Assembly (NCBI GenBank): GCA_048128005.1
Contig: JBEUKZ010000024.1
Coordinates: forward strand, 1 to 64,000
From: Veleropilina oligotropha
Lineage: Eukaryota
Direction of reading: 5' to 3'
DNA: 64,000 bases
This document shows positions 13,301 through 25,300 of the stretch, in pieces (position 1 is the stretch's first letter; each line of letters opens with the position of its first letter). The position numbers were made by a program, and so were the translations under genes. The notes under the pieces were generated by a model. That model saw only the letters and a list, made by a program, of their open reading frames with translations, ran no database searches and was not told the origin of the DNA.

Positions 13301-16300
13301 TGGTGGAGGGTCGAGTGCCAATGATTTGGTGAACAACCTTCGCCTGCATCCTACAGCTCGAGCTGTTATCGTCTTCCTACCCTCACCAATGGTCAATGAT
13401 ATATTTCAAGAAATGAAACTGCTGAATGCAGTGGGAGAATTTGTGTTTATCGGCAGCGAGCTGTGGGCGAATGCCAATGATGCCGTTGACGGCGTCGAAG
13501 ACGTGGCTGTAGGCAGCATCACACTTCTGCTAACGGGTCAAACATCGCCCGGTCTCGACTCCTTCATTAATACCCTCAGTGGTTTTGATGAATGGTATGA
13601 GGTACTCCACAACTGTTACCGGAGAACAGAAAATCAAGACAAATATAGCGTCCCATGTGGAACTGCCTCTCTGACCTCGTCGCCACGGTATCAACAATTC
13701 TCATACGCACCTTACGCGATAAACGCAGTTTATTCCCTTGCTCATGCTCTTGACGAAACTTTGAAAGAGTTATGTGGCTCACCGTATTCAGGAGTTTGCT
13801 CAGCATTCCGAGGATCACCGGCTGTGACCGACGTGATTCTCGAGAAGCTTAGGGATGTGTCGTTTACCAATGCCGGTACCACTTTTAATATGAAAGATGG
13901 CCAGGGAGTGACCGGATATGAAATCTTCGACTATCGACCTTCCGGATACACAAATGTAGGTGGTGGTTTTATAATGTCGCAAAATGTGTCGCACCGCAAA
14001 TGTTATATTGATATACAAACATTTCAATAACTTTTAATATTATAAATACATTTATACAGAAATTTAAACTCTGATAAATGGTTAAGTATTTTGTATGTTA
14101 ACCAGATTTAATTCAATATCAATTAATTTAATACAATATTTAATTTTGGATTGTGAACCAAAAATATATTCATTATTCCAAAATATATAATACATTCTGA
14201 AATGTGTTTTTGATTTGCTAGATAATTTTATATTTTTTTCCAAAACGTCTTCATTCCATACATGATTCTTTTTTCGAATCCCAGCAAGGTCTTCACTTAA
14301 TCTTCTAAGTAAAGTGTGGCTTTATTATTTGACATCAACTGTTTTGTGTCCCATAACATTCTTAATATGCAATTAAACTTATTCCCTTTTTATACTTATA
14401 TTTCTCTTCAGATTGGTAACTACGACATTTCGTCCAAGACACTCACGTTTGAACCAGCCAATTTGGCGATGAATCCCTTGGCTGCCCTTCCCGTGATGTC
14501 TAACTGTATCAATCGGTGCGTTCAGTGCGACTACGTAAAGAGTTATGTCCCCACTTTTCACATGCCTGGCGATGTTATGATCGGAGGTCTTATAGGATTG
14601 CACCAATTCATTGAGGGTCAAGGGGTTTGCCAAACCATAGATTTCATGGGCCTCCATTACCCAATGACTGTGGCTTTTGCCTTGGATCAAATTAACTCGG
14701 GCAAAGGTCCCGTTCTTTTGAATGATGTATCTCTTGGAAGCATTTTAATCGATCACTGCGGAAATGCGGCCAAAATGAAAAGCGTACTGACGGAGATATA
14801 CACCGGGAAATCGATGTTGGACGTGAGATCCTTCCGCGCTTGGCTCACCGACAGCACATCGGCTGCTATAGAGATCAACGACTTGATAAAAAACCAAAGC
14901 ATCCCCATCATAAGTCCGTCTGCGACGCCAACTATACTGAATAACATAGAGGTGTTTCCTACGTTTTTCCGAACATTGCCCGGCGACGATAAAACTGCAC
15001 GAGCAATAGCGAAACTATTACTGAACCTGAACTTTGGTTTCGTCCAGCTTGTCAGCACAAATGACGAATACGGAATATCTGGTTCAGCCATCTTTCGATC
15101 GTTTGCTCTTCAGGAGGGAATTTGTATCCTGGAATCATACGAGGTGGATGCTCAAGACAATGCCGCAGATATCGTCACACGCCTTTTGGATACCACCACA
15201 GATGTCGTGGTGGTCTACGCCTCTCCCATGGTTATGACCAACCTTGTGCGTGCCAAGACGGCAGCCCCTAACTTGATATTCGTCACACCATATAAGGTCC
15301 CCGAAGTGAGCACCGGAATGTTTGCTGACGGCATGTTGAGTCTTTTTGTGCCTAGCATCAACAACGATGCGTTTAATCAATTTGTAATTAATATGCCAAC
15401 ATCCGATCTCGGCTTGGTGATGTATTATGAGCAGCTATTTAGATGTGATCTGCCGGGGAATTCCATGTTCGGCGTGCCATGTTCGGCTACCATGTTGGGC
15501 TCACTGTGGATGAACTATGCTACGCCAACTGTTAACGCGATATACGCATTCTCCGTTGCTCTCAACAGAACGCTAGAAGTGAAGTGTGGCATCGGGCATG
15601 TTGGATTGTGCAACAATTTTCTGTATTCTGAAGACACCAATGAAATGCTACTGGCAGCTCTGGAAGATGCAACGTTCATGAACAGCGATGGTTCAATCTT
15701 CAGCTTCCGAGATCGAGAAGGATACATAGCGTACGATGTGTACCAGTGGCGAGAAAGTACCAGTGGTTATTTTCAAGTGAGTTAAATTCACGGTTGCTCA
15801 TGGTTATTAATTGTGGTGGGAATACCATGTATATGTATTGAAATTTTACGATTAACTATTACGATTTCAAGAATTGTTTCATTACTCAACAATCCATATG
15901 TGGTTATATTTCTAGGTTTAATTATGGATTCATTCATTTTCCCTAAATTAGGAACCAATTAATCAAGCAGTGCTTTCAATTGCATGTCATTATCTATGGT
16001 GATAATAATAAATTCTAAGAAATGGAAAACTCCATTAACCGTTTGAGAGTTCACATATATTTACACAGTTCTTGGAAAATGTTAATTAAAATGACGGCAT
16101 AAACATTACGAAACATAAATATGAAAATATTTATTTTTACACCCTATAAAGTATTCATTTTAGAAAATCTAGAGCTTCACACTCTCATTTGCATAAAATC
16201 GCCAGTAAAAAATAGCCTTTTTATTGGTTGATCTCAGTTAGGCATATGTTTCGCAGTGTTTCTATGGTTTCTACAGTTAAACAGCTACTGTACCATATAC

Positions 16301-19300
16301 TGTTTCTCTATGCATACATGAAACTTGTGCAATATTTTGGCGATATTTTAATGACAGTTTAGTGCAAGTTCTCCATTGTGATTTGAATATAACTAAATAA
16401 ACATAATAATGAAAATAATGTGATATTTCAAAGAGATATTTACTTTTGCAGCGATTTAATATTATTTGACGATTTTTATCTTACAAAAAAAGTAATAACA
16501 AGAGTAATCAGAGGAGATTGCAAACCCTCGCCACGGGGCCAAGGAAGATGATGGTGAAAGTCAGAAATGTCTACGATCAATATTTCTAAACATGAATTAC
16601 AATCATATAATGTAATCACAAATTATTAAAAAAATAAGGAATAACAAAATTTAAATAAAAAAAATTATTTTGGAGGCAACGGGAATCAAACCCCTGACCT
16701 CTAGATCTTTCGCCAGCGCCTTAACCATTGCGCCATACACACAGTCGTATTACTACGACTAATTTAGGCTATTTATATTTGGTGTTACATTTTTGTATTT
16801 GCAAATTTTGCCGAAGTTTATAACTCGCAATGACACAATAGTTAAGCGATATACCTGAAATAGTCAGGAAAGGTTGATTACCGTATCAATGCTTAGCGGT
16901 GTAAATTATATCACAGTATTAGCATTAAATTTAAATGAAAAAAATCTTTTTGTGAGGTAACTGGAATCGAACCCCTGACCTCTAGATCTTTCACCAATGC
17001 CTTAACCGATTGCGCCATATACACAGTCGAAATACTACGGCAAAATTAGGCTATTTATATTTGGTGTTGCATTTTGGTATCTGCAAATTTTGCCGAAGTT
17101 GACAATACTTGACTCGCAATAACTCACCAAAGCGATATACCTGAATTTTTCAAGAAAGATAGATGACGGTAATCTTGGTTAATGGTGAAAATTATATCAC
17201 GGTGTTAGCAGTATTTAAAGAGCTATCTCAAATATCGCAACGTCTCTACGATTTGGCTTCGGAACAAAAATTATTGCTACAAATTCGCTTAAACACATAA
17301 AGTATATCGATAAGAGTTGCAGATAATGTCCCACTCTGTCACTTGTTACAATTTGTGGTGTCTGCATGGTTTCAGTGGTTACATATTTACGGCATTTATT
17401 TGCAATTTGCGTTGGTTGATTTCTAAAATGCTTATAAAGTTCACATTTCACATCATTTTCTAAATATTTTTGCTGATATCAATATCATTTCATCATGACT
17501 ATGATTTGCATAACGAATTTACATAATTTAATTCGATTTGGCGAATTTACAAATTGACCCCCTATTTTTAAAATTTTAAATCCCCCTGGCGGCCATCTTG
17601 TGTGAGATAGATTCTATAAAATTCATGTAGTCATTGGCCCCCGATCTACAGAACATTTTGAGCCTATTTTGATATTTGTACGATGAAGCGTTTTAACGCT
17701 GTAGACGAAAACCTATAAACCGGATATTGCGTCATAAAATCTGAACCCGGACCATCTTCGAGGAGGACAGAGACACGGAGAAACCCTACCTTGTTTAAAA
17801 ATTTCAAGTAAATTGGATCAATAGTTTTCGAGTTATGCGAATGGACATACATACAAACATACGGAACCGATTGCAATACCCTCACCTCTGGAGGCAAGGG
17901 TAAAAATGCCTTTAATTGAAATTCTCTAACAGATCTTTTCAAGTTGATTTAATTGTATCTATTATAAATTTAAGGTGGCTTCGTACAAAGATGCGACCCT
18001 CACATTCACCATTAACAACGTCGCTCAGTATTATCCGAATGTTGAATCAACATGTTTCCTGCCATGTATTCGATGCTTATCAGGCTTGCTGAACTTCACA
18101 TACATTCCGGGAGATATCTTGCTCGGAGGTAAGTAAACGTTATTGATCATCCATGACAGATTCCACTATATTACCTAATATGGGCATCCATGGCAGGTTC
18201 CAGATTATTGCCTAATATGAGCATCTAGGACAGATTTCAGAATGTTGACCAATATCGGCATCAGACGATTTAACCAATCATGCGCTTTTGTCTACAACAT
18301 CCGGCCAGGTCACCCATCCAGAAACTGACCTAGCTCAACACTATTCAACTCAGTTATTTGACGGGCTGATTCTTCCAATACGATTTTGATGTAACTCGAC
18401 AAATGTAACGAAAATTGTAAAATTATATTACATATTTAAACAGAATAGTTTTGTGATTTCTTGTGCATGAAATTGTAATTCTGATTTGACCGTTGATGAC
18501 ATAACAATTAATGCTGAAATATATATATTATCCAATCAAAACACAAGAAAAATGTCAATCCTAGAACTTTTAGAATAAATTAATTATAACTTGTCTGATA
18601 AAACTTACCTTATCTGTACATTATTAAGCGATGTTCAAATATGTCTGTTTCTATTTACAGGTCTCTTTGATGCACATGAGAAAAATATTAACGCCTTTAG
18701 CTGTGGTTCCATTAACACTATAAAAGGATTTGAACTTCTGGAAGCTTTTAATTATGCACTTCAGAGCGTTAACGAAGGAATGTTTCCTGGTATCCTTAAC
18801 GGTGTCAAACTTGGTGGCGTTGGCTTAGACACATGTCAGAGTTCAATTCGTACAGGTTACCTTGTTTCAAATCTGCACAATGGCCTAATGGTATTAAATC
18901 GAGATGGAAAAGACATTGATCCGAAAACCATTGATACGTACATCGGAAGCTATTCCAGCGACAGGTCAATTCATCTGGCAAGAATTCTGAGAGGTTTGGA
19001 AATTCCGCAAATCAGCTATGGTTCTACCAGCATCGAACTAGATGATGCTTTCCGGTATCCGTACTTCCTACGGACGGTTCCATCCGACCAAAAGCAGGCA
19101 GCCGCCATGGCAGAGTTTCTGGACAAGCAGGACTTGCGCTACGTCCAGGTTGTCCATTCGCGAAACAGCTACGGAATTTCCGCGAAGGATGCATTTTCAA
19201 ACCTTGCTTCAAGTAATCAGCTTTGCATCGCTCAAACGGTGACCATTCCCGTGAATGGCACGCTGACCAACGAAATCTTCAACGACGTGGTTTTGTCGAT

Positions 19301-22300
19301 GTTAGACAAGCCTGCTGCCAACACCATTGTCCTGTTCGCTCCAAGTAACTACGTTAACGCTTTGCTCAGGGCCATTGGCAGAAACGTCGAAGCTCAGGGC
19401 AAATTCCACTTCCTTGGATCGGAAGCTTGGGCTAACAGCGCTGACGCTATCGCAGGGGTGACTCAATGGGCCGTCGATTCCATCACGCTGAAGCCAGGGG
19501 GCAAAAAAGAGAACACAAAATTTAGGGACTACCTCATGACAAAACTGCCCGGAAATTATCCGGAAAATCCATGGTTCCCAGAATACTATGAAGAAATTCA
19601 CAATTGCTACCTGTCGGTACCGAGAGCTCCGTATACTACGCGCTGCCAAACTAGTACGCTACCGGTCACAGAAGCAATCGGTCGATACGCCCAAGACCCG
19701 TCTGTCAACGATGTGGTTAATGCCGTCTACTCTGCCGCCATCGGCATTCACAACACGCTGGTACAGTACTGTGGTGCAAACTACAACACGGTATGCGAAG
19801 CCTATCGTAGCGCTACATTGAAAAGGGAGACGATTCTCACAAAAATAAAAGATGTCAGCTTTGTCGATGATGTCGATAATGAGTTTTACTTCGAGGAATC
19901 GAGAAATGGCAACAAAGGATACTTCTTCCAGCAAATCGAGATAGAGGGGTCATATAATGATGTAAGTGTAGCAATAAGTAATGTACCGTACAAATGTTAC
20001 AATATACCATTAACATAACACATAGTAGTATTGAGAATTAATTTGTCGTTTTGATTGAATATTTCACACTAAATGTAGCCATACATAGATTCTGACTTCG
20101 GATATTTATATTGGAATGTTAACATATGTATATTATCTATGAATTGTTAGTACAAATATACATACAAAGAATATCTGGAGGATATTTTAGATAATATTAT
20201 GTACATTTTTTTTACTATCTGTCGTTGTTTGCACAAGACGAACCAATGGTCCTACACCGCTTGTATGCCACCAGACCGTGCACATGTTCAGTGATAAGAT
20301 CACTGAGCCCATGGTTGCAGTCGTTTTTGTGTATTTTATAATTTATAATCTGTCGTTTGAAAGAGTGTTTTCTGTCACATATACATAGAAGATTAACCGC
20401 GGGACCTACACCATTCATATATAGCTGGCATACACTTTACATAAGTTCGAAGATGAGGTCAAAGGTTGTTATTTAGCTATTTATTGATTATTATCCCCCG
20501 CGGCTTCCAAAGGGAAAAGCCGAAGGGGGATATAGGGTAGCCTCCGTCCGTCCTTCTGTTTTTGGATGAGGTATTACATCCATTTAATGGATGAATAACT
20601 CGATCAAACCTATTATGATGGAAAGTAGACATGTTTAGCCTTTAGTTGGAACCAAAAACGAAAAGATTTTTTATTTATTTTGCGAAAAAAAAGCACTTTG
20701 AACATACGGTAGACATTTTTCGGTTAAAGTTTTTCTTTTGAGTGTATATCGATTGCTCAAGGCACATCTTAGCTTTAGTAATGGCTATATGGATGTGACC
20801 TGATACTCTGGCAATGATTTACATTATAATTTTATATAAATAATGCATGAAATTGATGTTTTGGGACAAAAGTTTTTTTAAAGAATGCTTATAGATTGCT
20901 CATTACACTTTTTTGCATGCATATGCTTTGTTGGTGGCTATATTGATACTACCTGCTAACCTGGCAGTGATATTGAACAAAATTTAATATAAATAATTTG
21001 TGAAATTGGTGGTTTTTGTCTCGCCCCGAAGGGAAAGCGAGACTTAGGGATTACATTTTCCGGCGGCGGCGGCGTCGTGTCATTTTCGGTTAAAGTTTTT
21101 TCGGTTAAAGTTTTTCATTGAATGGAATTTCCTGATACATTGATATATATATTTAAAGGGCGAGACATATCGGACCGTGGTACTTGTTTTTGTCTCGCCC
21201 CGAAGGGAAAGCGAGACTTAGGGATTACATTTTCCGGCGGCGTTTGCGTCGTCGGCGTCGTGTCATTTTCGGTTAAAGTTTTTTCGGTTAAAGTTTTTCA
21301 TTGAATGGAATTTCCTGATACATTGATATATATATTTAAAGGGCGAGACATATCGGACCGTGGTACTTGTTTTTGTCTCGCCCCGAAGGGAAAGCGAGAC
21401 TTAGGGATTACATTTTCCGGCGGCGTCGGCGTCGTGTCATTTTCGGTTAAAGTTTTTTCGGTTAAAGTTTTTCATTGAATGGAATTTCCTGATACATTGA
21501 TATATATATTTAAAGGGCGAGATATATCGGACCGTGGTACTTGTTTTTGTCTCGCCCCGAAGGGAAAGCGAGACTTAGGGATTACATTTTCCGGCGGCGG
21601 CGTCGTGTCATTTTCGGTTAAAGTTTTTTCGGTTAAAGTTTTTCATTGAATGGAATTTCCTGATACATTGATATATATATTTAAAGGGCGAGACATATCG
21701 GACCATGGTACTTGTTTATATAGAAATTGTAGTTAAATATTTTAGGTTAAAGTTTTTCGATGATTGCATAGAGGTTTAGTAAGGCACTTTTTTTAAGGCA
21801 TATACTTTGGTGTTGGCCATATTGACACTACCTGCTATCCTGGAAGTGATATTTATTAAAATTTAAAATAAATAATTGCTGTTTTTGACATTTTCTGTTG
21901 TTTTTCAATTACCGCACATTGATTGATCAAGGCATGTTTTTGCAAACATATGCATTGGCGTATGTTACCTGATATTCTGACAGTTATATTGTTATCCCCC
22001 GCGGCTTCTGAAGGTAAAAGCCGAAGGGTAGCCTCCATCCTTCCGGTCACACTTTTGGTTCAAGTTTTTGGATGAGGTATTACATGCATTTAATGGATGA
22101 ATAACTCAATCAAACCTATTATGATGGAAAGTAGACATGTTTAGCCTTTAGTTGGAACCAAACACAGATTTTTTATTTATTTTATAAAAATAGAGCACTT
22201 TGAACATAGACATTTTTCGGTTAAAGGTTTTCTTTTGAGTGTATATCGATTGCTCAAGGCACATTTTGGCATATATAAGCTTTACTAATAGTTACATGGA

Positions 22301-25300
22301 TGTGACCTGATACTCTGGCAATGATTTACATTATAATTTTATATAAATAATGCATGAAATTGGTGTTTTCGAACATATAAATTTAGTTAAAAGTTTTCGG
22401 TTAAAGTTTTTCAAAGAGTGCTTATAGATTGCTCATTGCACTTTTTTGCACACTTATGCTTTGTTGCTGGCTATATTGATGTTAGCTGCTAGCCTGGCAG
22501 TGATATTGAACAAAATTTAATATAAATAATTTATGGAATTGATGTTTTTTATATATAAATTTTAGTTAAATTGTTTAGGTTCAAGTTTTTCGATGATTGC
22601 TGAAATGCATATAGATTTAGTAAAGCATTTTTTTAATGCATATACTTTGGTGTTGGCCATATTGACACTACCTGCTATCATGGAAGTGATATTTAATAAC
22701 ATTTAAAATAAAATAAAATGTTTTTTGTCATAGGAATTTAGTAAACATTTTCGGTTTAAGTTATTCAATTACCACATATTGATTGATCAAGACATGTTGT
22801 TGCAAGAATATGCATTGGTATATATATGATTCATAGATTTTACCTGCTATTGTTACAGTTATATTGATTATAATTTAATTTAAATATTCTGTGAAATTTT
22901 ATTTAAAGTTTCTGGTTAAATTTTTTTCAGTGAGTGCATATGGGTTAACTCTGTGATTCTACATGCTGCTCTGGTAGTGATGTTGTATTCATTTTAACAC
23001 AAAACTGTGTTGAATTTGTGTATTTGGACATAGAAATTTTGATTAATTTAAGTTTTGACACAAATAATGTGGTACATTTGCAAGTTTGGACAAAGTTATT
23101 CAATTAGTGCATGTGGGCTGCTCAAGATATATTTTATACATGTATATGCTGGTTGATAGATCTAGGGATTAAAGCCCAATTTCAATCAGAAATCTCCATA
23201 CCATCAAAACATTGTACTAAATCTATTTCTTGCATATATTGACAAAATGCTTTACTGCGGGGGATACCGCGATATCGATAGCACTTGTTTTATCTTTGGT
23301 ATGTAATTCTAATGTTAACAGGTGGACCTGAATGAGAATGATCATTGTATTAATATGTGATTTTCTCTTTATGCATTGTAGATTGGAGTTTATACGTCTG
23401 ACGGAAGTCTCAATGTAACATATACGAACCGGTGGGATGGAAGCTGTGACAGAACTGGAGCTTGCTCCGAATGTCCATCGGTTCGGAACCGCCTCGCTCG
23501 CTATTCCATTACGTATCCCTCATCGCCATTCACTAACATCGCTACTATAGCGGGAATCTTTCACATACATTATGCAGGAAATGACTTCCGTTGCGGGGCA
23601 CTCAGAAGCAGTGATTTTGAAAAAAGTTTGGCATTCTTCTATGGCATTCAGCTAGCAAATACTGTGAGCCTATCTGGCAGTATAAGTCGAAACTTGCCAT
23701 TCCAAGGTATTGCCATAGATGCCTGCGGCAGTTCGCTTCGAGTGTATCAAGACGTCTATAATTTGATCTCGGGGAATGGCCTGTGCAACACCGATATCGA
23801 CTTCAATGGGAAAGATTTTGGCGATTCGTTAGTTGGTTTTCTCACCATTAACACAGACGAGTCAATGGCCGCCAGTAGGGTACTCTCACCTTTGCGCGTT
23901 TCCCAAATCAGTCCATCAACTCGATCCACGGAATTCAGCAATTTCAATGAGTATCCATATTTCATGAGGACAGTTCCTCCGCATAAAGCTGCAATGTCGG
24001 TGCTAGCCCAGTTTCTGCTGGAGAACGGGTGGATGCACATCTCGACTGTTTTCTATGACAATTTATATGGATTGAGCAGAAATAACGACCTTAAGAGCGA
24101 AACGTTTAAACGACGAATCTGTGTTGGTCTGAGTGTTGCAGTTCCAGCAACACCGACCTTGGCGGAAGCGAGGGCGATCGTACGGCAACTAGAGGCAAAT
24201 GAAGGTGCAACAGTGTTGGTTCTTGATGTATCGCAGACTGTGGCTCGCCTTATAATACAAGCAATCAGCGATCTCGGTTTAAATGACAGATTCATCATTT
24301 TTGGAGCAATCTACCAGATTTTAGAAGGAAACGACAACCTCGTCGATGGCAGTTTAGTCGTACGGCTAAGATCGACTCAGGTACCCGGGTTTAACCGATA
24401 CGTGACCGAGTTAACGTACGAAAAGCATAAAGACATTGCCAAAGATTGGTTTGAAGAATTCTATCAAAACATTCACCAATGTCGACTCTTAGATGCCAAA
24501 GTTCAGAAGCCGGAATTCACCAAACTTTGCGATAAGACAGAGGTCATCACAGAGGACATGTTTACACATGCCGATTCATCGCTGAACACCATTTATGCAA
24601 CGTACGCCATGGCACTGGGTTCCAAGTTCTTCTTCGATGCCAATTGCGATGGAATAAACCAACTCTCTGAATGCCTGAAAACAGTTGATAACGCGCGAGA
24701 CAAGCTCTTCAATGCCATACTTGCTGTGCAGTGGCCCAGAAGTAACCCAACAATAAATACACCGACAACTTTAGAAGATGATAGCTTCCCATTCAACTTT
24801 ACTGAGGGGCGTTACTGGGATCTTGGCTACACCATTGAAACCTACGTCAAGGCAGACAACAAATTTAAATCGGTGAGTGCAGCTAATTATAGTAAACAAA
24901 GCAATTTGCAAGGTGTGCTTGTTACAGAGGTATCAATGATGGTAATTTCATGGAAAACATACAACACTTACTACATGTATCATTGTCGTGTGGTCACTAT
25001 CTAAGCAATCCGACGTACTAAGCGGTGAAGTGTGCCTGTGCACGTCTGTGTCATCACTCATTATATAAATTCTCACTGCGGCATTTCACCATTTTCTGTG
25101 CCTCGATTATAATTGGACCAAATTCTATCGTAAACATGTACATTCTGTTCTGGGCAAGTTATTTAACATCCGAATAAATATGCATGTGTTTTTGGTCTTC
25201 ATTTCGATGTTTGAGTGGGTTTTTAAGGCATAGTGAATATTTTTACAAGTCTGCATGCCTTCTGGATAAAATGTGATTTTCTGACATTATCAGTAACAGA

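Noticed and set aside
21013..21716. Possible CRISPR-like array
   Set aside because: Whole units repeat with no unique spacers; eukaryotic context, no cas genes
12552..25004. Treating the long VFT ORFs as separate single-exon genes
   Set aside because: They lack signal peptides and TM segments, and their conserved parts are bounded by in-phase splice sites
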